A stretch of DNA of 64,000 bases from Alphaproteobacteria bacterium (GTDB lineage: Bacteria > Pseudomonadota > Alphaproteobacteria > Sphingomonadales > JAKSBY01). The translations under genes were made by a program, and so were the position numbers. Location of the stretch: contig JAJFIV010000031.1 of NCBI GenBank assembly GCA_021774625.1, forward strand, positions 64,180 through 128,179, read 5' to 3'. Of the stretch, positions 7,197-15,318 are shown piece after piece; the stretch's first letter is position 1; the number at the start of each line of letters is the position of its first letter. The notes under the pieces are model-generated. The model was not told where the DNA came from and searched no databases. It saw nothing but the letters and a program-made list of their open reading frames with translations.

Positions 7197-9551
7197 TTGA
7201 AGGAATCTGTGGTGATCAGGCCGACGCTTTTACCCGTATTGGTTTTTCTCTCAATCTTTTCTTTAGCTGCCTGTGGCGGCGGGTCCGGCACGCCTGTCGC
7301 GCCAAGACCGGTGGCGGCGCCCCCGCCCCCTCCTCCCCCTCCTCCACCACCGCCGTCACCCTTCAACACACAGGAATTCAGGCTTAATTTTGGTCTGGGC
7401 AGCATCAATGCGATTCCAGCCTTTGAAGACGGTTTAACGGGCGAGGGGGTGATTGTTGGTGTCATCGACACCGGAATTGATCTGGATCATTCCGATCTCA
7501 ACGCCAATATTCATCCGGCGAGCACGGATGTCGGCCCGCGCGCCACGCCCAATGCCGATGATGTGGACGGTCATGGCACTCTGGTGGCGGGTATTATCGC
7601 TGCGGAAAAAAATAATAACAGAACACATGGCGTGGCGTTTAATGCGCAAATTCTGTCGGTGCGCGCGGAAGAGTCGAATTGCGATGAAACATGCCAGTTT
7701 ACTGACAATGATATTGCGGTTGGCATCCATCACGCACTCGATAACGGCGCTCGCATCATCAATCTAAGCCTTGGCGGCGAGGGGATCAGCTTCAACCTTA
7801 GAACGGCTCTGATCCGCGCTGCGACGGAAGGCGCAGTTGTTGTTATCTCAGCCGGCAATACGGAAGAGGATGAGGATGGCCCCAGACCCAATCCCACAGA
7901 ACTGGCTCAATTTGCGCTGAATCCGGCCATGGCAGGGCATATGATTATTGTTGGCGCTACCGATGAGGGCAATCAGATTGCCGATTTTTCTCACCGGGCC
8001 GGCAACAGCCGGGCGCTCTATATTGTTGCTCCCGGGGTGTCAGTTGCGACCACGCTTCTTAATCCCGCCAGCATGTTCCAGTTTGCGATAGCCAGCGGCA
8101 CATCCTTCTCGGCGCCGCATGTTGCGGGGGCGGCGGCGCTTCTGCTGGAACAGGACCCGACGCTGACCGGCGCGGAAGTCGTGCAGATTCTTCTGGAATC
8201 TGCCACTGATCTTGGCGCTGCGGGTATCGATACTATTTTCGGGAACGGGCTGCTTAATATCGGCGCAGCCGTCCAGCCTATCGGCACCACATCCATCCCC
8301 CTCAGCGTGACCAAGGCTGAGGACGAAAACAGCAAGCCGGTTTCGACCAGCGCCGTCTCGGCGGCGGCGGCTTTCGGCGATGCGCTGACCCGCGGCGATG
8401 CTTTTTCCGATGTCATATTCCTCGATAAGTTTGGCCGGTCCTTTCACGGGGATTTTTCTCTCAAAATTCTTTCCCAGTCGCGGACCTTCAGCCTTGATGG
8501 CGTCTTAGAGAGGGACCTGTTCCAGCGGTCCGCCTCGGTCGCTTTTGCACAAGGAAATTATCTGTCACTGTCCTACCGGGACAGCCGGCTGCGGAATGAA
8601 GCCTTCCGATCCTCTCTCAGCGCATCGAGCCAGACGCTGCAGGACCCGCCGAAGCCGCGCGCCCTCTTCACATCCGATTTGACCGCGTCCCTGCATCTTT
8701 CAATGAGCTCTAATCTGCCCGTTGAAGCCTCGCTGGCGGCAAAGGACAGTCTGTATCGCCGGACCGCTGACTTCATGAATGAGGCGGCGTTTTCTGTCCC
8801 CTATATGGGGCTGGAAAACGGTCCGCGGGCGATGACGCTGGCGCAGGATCTGGGAAGCCGGTCCCGCATCGCCATGGCCGTGGCGACGGTCGAGCATGAT
8901 TTCGAGGAAACCCTGTTTGGCTTTACCGGCGAGACCTCCCGCACCACATCGGCCATGACGCGGCTCGATCACTCTTTCGGGCCGCTACATCTGGAATTTA
9001 CCGCCGGCGCTCTCATCGAGGAAAATTCGATCCTGGGAAGCCGGTCGGCGGGCGCTTTCGATATCGGCGCCGGGGCGACAACCGGCTTCACCAGCCTTGG
9101 CGCCAACTGGCGGATCAGCGAAAGGTTCAGCCTGCTTGGTCAGATTGTTCAGGGGGTAACGAAAATCCGGGACGGCGGTTCCAGCGTGTTTCAGGATGTC
9201 AGCAATTTGCGCGGCAGCGCTTTTTCCGCCGCTCTCACCGGCAGCGGGATATTTACCGCCGGCGACCGTATCGGGATTTCGCTCAGCCAGCCGCTGCGCA
9301 TTGAATCCGGTTCAGCGAATCTGATTGTGCCGACCGCACGTGATTTTGCCGCAGACCGGATCGTATATTCATCGTTTGATATTCCGCTCACGCCTTCCGG
9401 CCGGGCGCTTGACCTTGAGGTGAGTTACCGGTTCCAGCTTTTTGAGCTGCTCGATGTCGGGGCAAATTTCCTTTATCAGCGTCATCCGGGGCATGTGTCG
9501 GACCGGCCCGGTGCGGCCGCCTTTTTGCTGCGGGCATCGAGGATATTTTGA
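7197..9551 (+). CDS. Lipidated subtilisin-like (S8) autotransporter serine protease (SphB1/NalP-like)
   Basis: Lipobox LSIFSLAAC is followed by GGGSG and a poly-Pro tract. The catalytic triad blocks are VIDTGIDLDHSDL (Asp), DGHGTLVAG (His) and SGTSFSAPHVAG (Ser). The C-terminal roughly 280 aa are beta-rich and end in an aromatic residue (..LLRASRIF), as in autotransporter barrels. Confidence 0.85.
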   Translation: MKESVVIRPTLLPVLVFLSIFSLAACGGGSGTPVAPRPVAAPPPPPPPPPPPPSPFNTQEFRLNFGLGSINAIPAFEDGLTGEGVIVGVIDTGIDLDHSDLNANIHPASTDVGPRATPNADDVDGHGTLVAGIIAAEKNNNRTHGVAFNAQILSVRAEESNCDETCQFTDNDIAVGIHHALDNGARIINLSLGGEGISFNLRTALIRAATEGAVVVISAGNTEEDEDGPRPNPTELAQFALNPAMAGHMIIVGATDEGNQIADFSHRAGNSRALYIVAPGVSVATTLLNPASMFQFAIASGTSFSAPHVAGAAALLLEQDPTLTGAEVVQILLESATDLGAAGIDTIFGNGLLNIGAAVQPIGTTSIPLSVTKAEDENSKPVSTSAVSAAAAFGDALTRGDAFSDVIFLDKFGRSFHGDFSLKILSQSRTFSLDGVLERDLFQRSASVAFAQGNYLSLSYRDSRLRNEAFRSSLSASSQTLQDPPKPRALFTSDLTASLHLSMSSNLPVEASLAAKDSLYRRTADFMNEAAFSVPYMGLENGPRAMTLAQDLGSRSRIAMAVATVEHDFEETLFGFTGETSRTTSAMTRLDHSFGPLHLEFTAGALIEENSILGSRSAGAFDIGAGATTGFTSLGANWRISERFSLLGQIVQGVTKIRDGGSSVFQDVSNLRGSAFSAALTGSGIFTAGDRIGISLSQPLRIESGSANLIVPTARDFAADRIVYSSFDIPLTPSGRALDLEVSYRFQLFELLDVGANFLYQRHPGHVSDRPGAAAFLLRASRIF
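7320..7355 (+). repeat. 12 consecutive proline codons inside the autotransporter (CCN run)
   Basis: Read directly: ccc ccg ccc cct cct ccc cct cct cca cca ccg ccg. It produces a mirror poly-Gly ORF on the opposite strand. Confidence 0.95.
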
Positions 9552-9559
9552 GGGTAATC

Positions 9560-9859
9560 ATGCAAAAGCGCTTTCTGATCGTACTGAGTCTTTTTCTTGT
9601 GGGCGGATGTTTTTCAAACTCGGGAGAACGGCTTGTGGGCGAAACGGTATTTAACCCCAATACCCTGCCGCCGGGAACGGTTCAGGTTTCAGACTCTCTT
9701 TTTATGATTCCGCTGGAAGGGGTGGATGACGACGGCTGTAGAGGCTATCGTGCCTATTCGCCGGACGGCTTGGTGGTGCAGGCGCTGCATTACCGGACGT
9801 CGACCGGCGGCTTTACGATGAATAAGCTGGATGCCGCCTGTTATGAGAATAAGACATAA
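9560..9859 (+). CDS. Small hypothetical lipoprotein
   Basis: The signal peptide and lipobox are MQKRFLIVLSLFLVGGC. The ATG lies 9 nt after the autotransporter stop. No family was recognised. Confidence 0.5.
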   Translation: MQKRFLIVLSLFLVGGCFSNSGERLVGETVFNPNTLPPGTVQVSDSLFMIPLEGVDDDGCRGYRAYSPDGLVVQALHYRTSTGGFTMNKLDAACYENKT

Positions 9860-10247
9860 TTTCTGGTTAGTCCTGGCGGCGGTCAATGCGTCCCTGGCAG
9901 TGTTCGCCAGCGCCTACCGGGTTTATTTTCTTGAAGAAAAACTGACAGATAATGCGCTTGAGCTGTTTGAATGGGCGGGGATTTTTCACATTGCCCATGC
10001 GATCGCTCTTTTGGCTGTTGGTCTGCTGTTGAGCCTGACACCGGACACCCAAAAACGTCTGGTCCGTTTTTGCGGATCGGCCTTTCAATTGGGCATCCTG
10101 TTATTTTCAGGGGTTTTATACTGGCTGGCTCATCTGGAGCCGGGGCAATATCCGTTATTTCTGTTTCTGATAGCGGTTGGCGGCGGCTGTCTGATTATTG
10201 GGTGGTCCAGCCTGTCCTATGCAAGCTGGACCATTATCGTGCGCTGA
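9843..10247 (+). CDS. DUF423 family small membrane protein
   Basis: Four hydrophobic helices with DUF423-like blocks FHIAHAIALLAVG, GILLFSGVLYWLA and GGGCLIIGW. It overlaps the upstream lipoprotein gene by 17 nt. Confidence 0.65.
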   Translation: MRIRHNFWLVLAAVNASLAVFASAYRVYFLEEKLTDNALELFEWAGIFHIAHAIALLAVGLLLSLTPDTQKRLVRFCGSAFQLGILLFSGVLYWLAHLEPGQYPLFLFLIAVGGGCLIIGWSSLSYASWTIIVR

Positions 10248-10318
10248 AAATCCTGTCCCTATGAACATCCTGGCTGGCCCGCTCCCCCGGCCCTACCAAG
10301 TGAATTTCAGTGCATAAA

Positions 10319-10819
10319 CTATCCGCTGACAATTTTCCAGGAACCATCAGGTTGACGGCAGGCCGTGCCGTAGCCGGTTTCATGCTTTCCGCCGACAGTG
10401 ATGGTTTGGGTATATTCGCGGCAGTATCCGCCATTTTCCATCTCATAAGCCGGTTTTGGCGTGACGGAGCCGTAACTGCCGCTGTCCGGGTTGTACCAGG
10501 TGCTGCGTTCGCCGGACGGACTGCTTTCCAGCGCCCGGTAGCGGGCTTCCGCCAACGCCAGCCGGTCCGCCCGGTCAAGAGATTTGCCGACGGAATTGCC
10601 GATCCCGGCTCCGACCAGGGTGCCGATTGCAGCCCCCGCGGCCTTGCCGTTACCATGGCCGCCGATTTCCGCGCCAAGCCAACCGCCAAGCCCGGCCCCC
10701 AGCAATGTGCCGAAAACTTCTTTGTCATTTTCACCGGTGCAGGCGGCGAGAAAAGAGGAAGCCGCAATTACCACAATTGCCTGCTTGATTTTTGTTCCGT
10801 TCAGTCGGCGTGTCAGCAT
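10319..10819 (-). CDS. Glycine-zipper / 17-kDa surface-antigen-like lipoprotein
   Basis: The lipobox is SSFLAAC and the Gly-zipper is GTLLGAGLGGWLGAEIGG..GAAIGTLVGAGIG. The conserved C-domain is ..YCREYTQTITVGGKHETGYGTACRQPDGSWKIV. A paralogue lies at 60090-60563. Confidence 0.7.
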   Translation of the reverse strand: MLTRRLNGTKIKQAIVVIAASSFLAACTGENDKEVFGTLLGAGLGGWLGAEIGGHGNGKAAGAAIGTLVGAGIGNSVGKSLDRADRLALAEARYRALESSPSGERSTWYNPDSGSYGSVTPKPAYEMENGGYCREYTQTITVGGKHETGYGTACRQPDGSWKIVSG

Positions 10820-10904
10820 TTTCCTGCTCCAAGATATTGCCCTTGTTCACAGCAAAGATACGGAAAGTAAACTGAACGGGGGATGAATGGGCACCGGCCC
10901 CAAA

Positions 10905-12302
10905 TCAGATAGAAAGAGGCAGTGTAACATTTGCCTTCAAACCGCCGAGGGGAGAAGCCTCAAGACGGACACTGCCGCCGCAAAGCTGGGCGATGTCTTT
11001 AACAATGGCGAGGCCTAATCCGCTGCCGGGCACGGTTTCATCCATCCGTCTGCCGCGTTCGAACAACCGGTCGCGTTCGGATTCGGGAATGCCCGGTCCA
11101 TCGTCCTCAATGGTGATTTTGAAGGCGGTCTCCCCGTTCCCGTTCCCGGTTTTCTTGGCGGTGACCCGAACCTGGCTTTTGGCCCATTTGCAGGCATTAT
11201 CCAGCAGGTTGCCCAGCATTTCGTCGAGGTCCTGGCGCTCTCCCCAGAAAAACAGGCCTTCTTCACATTCGGTATCGAAGGTTAAATCCTTTTCCTGATA
11301 TATGCGAGCCATGACGCGGATCAGATCGGCGATGGCTTTGCCCGTATCGGCCCGGACGCCGATCACTTTCGAGCGTCCCGCCGCTCTGGCGCGGGCGAGA
11401 TGGTGATCGATATGCCGGCGCATGATCGTAGATTGTTTCTGCACCGTTTCCGCAAGGTTGCCGGAAGATTTTGCCTCGGCTTCATTGATAATGACGGAAA
11501 GGGGCGTTTTTAAAGCATGGGCCAGATTTCCGACATGGGTGCGCGCCCGCTCAACTACAGCTTCATTATGTTCCAGCAAGGCATTGACCTCGCTGACAAG
11601 CGGCATGATTTCCGGCGGAAAATCATCACTCAGCCTTTGCGCGTTGCCCGAGCGGATGGCCGCCAGACCCCGGCGGATAAACCGTAACGGCCTGAGACCA
11701 TAACCGATCTGCAGGGCGATAGCGACCAGAAGACCCATCCCCAGGGCGCTGAGGGAGCGGAACAGAAGACGGTTAAATTCATCGACATCAGCATCAATTT
11801 CGGAAGAATCACCGGCAACAATGAAGCGGTAACGGACATCGCTATCGGGCAAAAGGATATCGCGTTCCAGAATGCGCAGGGTTTCCTCGTTCGGTCCCTT
11901 ATTCAGATAGGTGTGACCGGAAAAATCCGGATGGGTGAGGTCCGGTTCCAGTTCCTGATCCCACAGGGAGCGGGAGCGCAAGGGTTCCACGCCAGCTGCG
12001 GAAATCTGCCAGTACCAGCCCGAATAAGGCTGCAGAAAACGCTGATCGCCCAGAGCGCGGTTCAGGTTGATGGTTCCGTCCTCCGACAGTTCGATCGAGC
12101 CGACCATAGCGTCCAGCGTATCGCTGAGGTGACCGTCGAAATTCCTGACGGCATATTTGCGGAAACTGCTCGACAGCGCCAGACCGCCGGCAAAAAGACC
12201 GATGACGGTCCAAAGTCCGGCCGCGATCAATAGCCGGAAAGTCAGCGATTTGAAGGATGACTTCATAAATCCCCGTTTACGGTACATCCAGCCGGTAGCC
12301 AA
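10905..12302 (-). CDS. Two-component sensor histidine kinase (two TM, HAMP, HisKA, HATPase)
   Basis: The H-box is HVGNLAHALKTPLSVI and the ATPase blocks are NLLDNACKW, DDGPGI and GSGLGLAIV. Alternative starts at 12287 or 12266 would reduce or remove the overlap with the regulator gene. Confidence 0.85.
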   Translation of the reverse strand: MATGWMYRKRGFMKSSFKSLTFRLLIAAGLWTVIGLFAGGLALSSSFRKYAVRNFDGHLSDTLDAMVGSIELSEDGTINLNRALGDQRFLQPYSGWYWQISAAGVEPLRSRSLWDQELEPDLTHPDFSGHTYLNKGPNEETLRILERDILLPDSDVRYRFIVAGDSSEIDADVDEFNRLLFRSLSALGMGLLVAIALQIGYGLRPLRFIRRGLAAIRSGNAQRLSDDFPPEIMPLVSEVNALLEHNEAVVERARTHVGNLAHALKTPLSVIINEAEAKSSGNLAETVQKQSTIMRRHIDHHLARARAAGRSKVIGVRADTGKAIADLIRVMARIYQEKDLTFDTECEEGLFFWGERQDLDEMLGNLLDNACKWAKSQVRVTAKKTGNGNGETAFKITIEDDGPGIPESERDRLFERGRRMDETVPGSGLGLAIVKDIAQLCGGSVRLEASPLGGLKANVTLPLSI

Positions 12303-12936
12303 GGCCGCGCACGGTCTCGATAATATCGACCGCGAGTTTTTTGCGCACCCGGTTCACGAACACTTCGATTGTGTTGGAATCCCGGTCAAAATCCTGATCA
12401 TAGATATGCTCGGTCAGTTCGGTCCGGGAAATGACCTCGCCCTGATGATGCATCAGATAGGAAAGGAGTTTGAATTCCTGAGCCGTCAGGCGAACAGGAT
12501 TGCCATCGACCGTCACCTTGCCGTTTCGGGTGTCCAGATGGACGGGGCCGCAGACAAGTTCCGGCGAGGCATGGCCGGCAGACCGGCGGATCAGCGCCCG
12601 GACCCGCGCCAGCAATTCTTCGGTTTTGAACGGTTTGGTGAGATAATCGTCCGCCCCCGCATCAAGCCCGGCAACTTTTTCGCTCCAGGTATCGCGCGCG
12701 GTTAGGATAAGAACGGGAATCATATGCCCGTCTGCCCGCCATTTTTCCAGCACGCTGACCCCGTCCATGACCGGAAGGCCAAGATCAAGAACAATGGCGT
12801 CATACGATTCCGTATCACCGAGAAAATGTCCTTCTTCGCCATCCGGGGCATGATCGACGGCGTAACCGGCATCCATCAGCGTTTCCTTTAGCTGGCGGGC
12901 AAGTTCAAGGTCGTCCTCAACAATCAATACACGCAT
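12277..12936 (-). CDS. OmpR-family response regulator
   Basis: The receiver is MRVLIVEDD...DAIVLDLGLPVMDG and the winged-helix C-terminus is ..IETVRGLGYRL. Confidence 0.9.
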   Translation of the reverse strand: MRVLIVEDDLELARQLKETLMDAGYAVDHAPDGEEGHFLGDTESYDAIVLDLGLPVMDGVSVLEKWRADGHMIPVLILTARDTWSEKVAGLDAGADDYLTKPFKTEELLARVRALIRRSAGHASPELVCGPVHLDTRNGKVTVDGNPVRLTAQEFKLLSYLMHHQGEVISRTELTEHIYDQDFDRDSNTIEVFVNRVRKKLAVDIIETVRGLGYRLDVP

Positions 12937-13247
12937 CAGCGCCCCCCCTTTCTGGATAAGACTCGGCCCGTTCGGGCATCCATAATGACCGACAATACTT
13001 TGCCGTCCTGCTGCAGGATTTTCAGATCATAGACCCAGTTGCGGCCGCGCTGACGCAAATTCTGGCCGACGACCCGGCCGCCAAACTGACTTGCGACAAT
13101 GCGGCTGATCTCGCCATAAGACATGATCTGCCCGGATCTCAGCGCTTCCCGGGCGTCTTTCTGGTCCTGAGCCTGTGCCGGGGCAGGGGTCAACCCGCCG
13201 AGAACAGCCGACAAAAATATAATTATGAATGGCCGCATATTTTCCAT
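12936..13247 (-). CDS. PepSY domain periplasmic protein
   Basis: 103 aa with a signal peptide and a PepSY-like core (..VYDLKILQQDGKVLSVIMDARTGRVL). It shows an ATGA stop/start overlap with the response regulator. Confidence 0.7.
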   Translation of the reverse strand: MENMRPFIIIFLSAVLGGLTPAPAQAQDQKDAREALRSGQIMSYGEISRIVASQFGGRVVGQNLRQRGRNWVYDLKILQQDGKVLSVIMDARTGRVLSRKGGR

Positions 13248-13388
13248 TACCTCGGCGGCAGATTACTGGAAACAAAGTGAACAGCGCATGAACAGGCGTT
13301 TCAGCTTCAGTTCAGACGCAATGCGGCATCCTCTATCCGTGTTCGCAATGGTGCGGCACCTTTGTAACGCTGAAAGAGAAAGGATTCA

Positions 13389-13706
13389 ATGATGCAAAGC
13401 GCACTGAAAAAAACTCTGGTGCTGACGGCCCTGCTTGCGGGGTTCGCGGCGCTGCCCGGCGGCGCCAGCGCCCATCCGCACGGTGGATACGGGTATTATA
13501 ATGGTGGATATTATGCTCCCTCTCATTATCGGCCGCGGCATTATAAGCGCCATTACAGGTCTTACTCTTACCGCGACCGGCATGATTATTATGGCCGCGA
13601 TCATAGAAGGGACCGTGGCCATCGTGACCGCCGCCGAGGTGATCACCACGCCCGACCCCGCCACCGGAGTCATGACCCGGGGCACGGCAAGCGCAGGAAC
13701 CATTAA
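13389..13706 (+). CDS. Secreted low-complexity His/Arg/Tyr-rich protein
   Basis: The signal peptide is MMQSALKKTLVLTALLAGFAALPGGASA and an SD-like gaaagga lies upstream. The mature 77 aa contain about 14 His, 19 Arg and 12 Tyr by hand count. It is the only one of four overlapping ORFs here with an export signal. Confidence 0.55.
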   Translation: MMQSALKKTLVLTALLAGFAALPGGASAHPHGGYGYYNGGYYAPSHYRPRHYKRHYRSYSYRDRHDYYGRDHRRDRGHRDRRRGDHHARPRHRSHDPGHGKRRNH

Positions 13707-13788
13707 GAAACATCAAAGAGTTTCTTGATGGATATCAAGGCCGGAACAAACAGGGTGTCGCATCTTCATTATAATTTGTTATACTCAG

Positions 13789-14676
13789 ATGCGAGAAGGG
13801 AGACAGACGATGTCACTCAGAAACCTGTTGGTTCCGGTTCTTGATCATGGCGAGCAGAATGCGGCCCTTGCGGCCGGTTTTTCACTGGCGAAAATATGCA
13901 GCAGTCATCTGACCGGACTTCATGTCATGACTGATCCCAGAACGGCCATTCCCTTTATCGGCGAAGGCCTGACCGTGGAGGTGATACAGGATCTCTGCGA
14001 TGCGGCCGAAAAGGAGGGGCGCGCCAAGGCCGGCAAAGCCCGGAAACTGTTTGATCAGGCGGCTCAATCCTATGGCTTTCCCTACAATGGCGGAACGGCG
14101 GAAGCCTCCAAACCCAGTGCCGCCTGGCAGGAAAAAACCGGTTTCTTTGCCGAGATGCTGGGCCGGACCGCCCGGCTGGCTGACCTGACAATCATTCCGC
14201 ATCCGAAATCAATTGCAAAACCGGGTCCAGAAGATTTCCTCAATGAAGTGTTGTTTCGTTCCGGACGGCCTTTACTGCTTGCCCCCCAAACGGCGCCCCG
14301 GAAACTGGGAGAAACTCTCCTTGTGGCCTGGAATGGCCGGGCGGAAGCCGCCCGCACCGTGGCAAGCGCTCTGCCGCTGCTGGGCAGGGCCGGCCGGGTG
14401 AAATTACTTACCATCGGACAGGAGAAGGAAGATCGGCCCGGCCTTGGGGAACTGCAGCATTATCTCGCCTGTCACGGCATAAAGTCGGACAGAGTATCAA
14501 AGCAGCCGGGAGATAAATCCGTCGGGGCCACCATTCTTGACAGCGCCGAAGAATTCAGTGCGGATTTAATTGTGATGGGCGCCTATTCCCATAATCGCTG
14601 GCGGGAAATGGTGCTGGGCGGTGTCACCCGTTATGTCATCGAAAACACCAGCGTGCCGATTTTCATGAGCCATTAA
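13789..14676 (+). CDS. Universal stress protein, tandem Usp domains
   Basis: There are two Usp-like halves, with the C-terminal block LIVMGAYSHNRWREMVLGGVTRYVIENTSVPIFMSH. The likely true start is the ATG at 13810 (MSLRNLLVP), preceded by gaaggga. Confidence 0.8.
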   Translation: MREGRQTMSLRNLLVPVLDHGEQNAALAAGFSLAKICSSHLTGLHVMTDPRTAIPFIGEGLTVEVIQDLCDAAEKEGRAKAGKARKLFDQAAQSYGFPYNGGTAEASKPSAAWQEKTGFFAEMLGRTARLADLTIIPHPKSIAKPGPEDFLNEVLFRSGRPLLLAPQTAPRKLGETLLVAWNGRAEAARTVASALPLLGRAGRVKLLTIGQEKEDRPGLGELQHYLACHGIKSDRVSKQPGDKSVGATILDSAEEFSADLIVMGAYSHNRWREMVLGGVTRYVIENTSVPIFMSH

Positions 14677-14761
14677 ATTCCCGCCAAACAAACAATTGGC
14701 TATCGGTTGAGCGCTTTTGCTCCGGCCCGGAATATTGCCTTACGCGGGCCGTAAAAAGCGG

Positions 14762-14790
14762 TCAACCGAGTAATTTCTGCGACCGGTTGA
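14762..14790. promoter_or_regulatory. Inverted repeat TCAACCG-N15-CGGTTGA upstream of the first IorAB-like operon
   Basis: Read directly. A third copy (TCGGTTGA) lies at 14703-14710. The repeat sits 60-90 nt upstream of the ATG at 14850. Confidence 0.25.
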
Positions 14791-14849
14791 GGGGAATTTC
14801 GAGCGGAAATATATTATTGTAGTCCTGAAAATAAATAAAAAGCCGGGTT

Positions 14850-15314
14850 ATGATTTCATTTGCGGTCAATGGCAGTACGCATAATTTCGATGGCGATGAG
14901 GATATGCCGCTTCTGTGGTTCCTGCGGGAAGATGCGCAGCTGAAGGGAACCAAATTCGGCTGCGGCATTGCCCAGTGCGGGGCATGTACGGTGCATGTGG
15001 ACGGCGAGGCCATGCGGTCCTGCTCTATTCCGGTGGGATCGCTGAATGGCGCCCGGGTTACGACAATTGAAGGTCTGGCTGAAAATGGCGCGTTGCACCC
15101 GGTGCAGCGCGCCTGGCTGGAAGAGGATGTCCCGCAATGCGGCTACTGCCAGGCGGGCCAGATCATGGCGGCCGCTGAATTTCTGCAGAATTATCCGGAA
15201 CCGACCGATCATGATATCGACGACAATATCACCAATCTCTGCCGTTGCGGCACTTATGTAAGAATCCGCAGGGCCATCCACCGGGCGGCACAATTGATGA
15301 AGGCGGAGGGCTGA
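14850..15314 (+). CDS. (2Fe-2S)-binding small subunit of a molybdopterin oxidoreductase (IorA / aldehyde oxidoreductase small-subunit-like)
   Basis: The two cluster motifs are [16 protein letters not shown] and [10 protein letters not shown]...LCRCGTY. Confidence 0.85.
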   Translation: MISFAVNGSTHNFDGDEDMPLLWFLREDAQLKGTKFGCGIAQCGACTVHVDGEAMRSCSIPVGSLNGARVTTIEGLAENGALHPVQRAWLEEDVPQCGYCQAGQIMAAAEFLQNYPEPTDHDIDDNITNLCRCGTYVRIRRAIHRAAQLMKAEG

Positions 15315-15318
15315 TCCG

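Noticed and set aside
7166-7471. 101-aa minus-strand ORF with a poly-Gly run.
   Set aside because: It is the mirror image of the poly-Pro codons of the autotransporter gene and has no independent support.
13333-13728. Three further ORFs overlapping the His/Arg/Tyr-rich gene: 13333-13716(-), 13386-13703(-), 13435-13728(+).
   Set aside because: They are kept open only by the biased composition. Only the 13389 frame has an SD-like sequence and a signal peptide. Which frame is expressed remains unproven.
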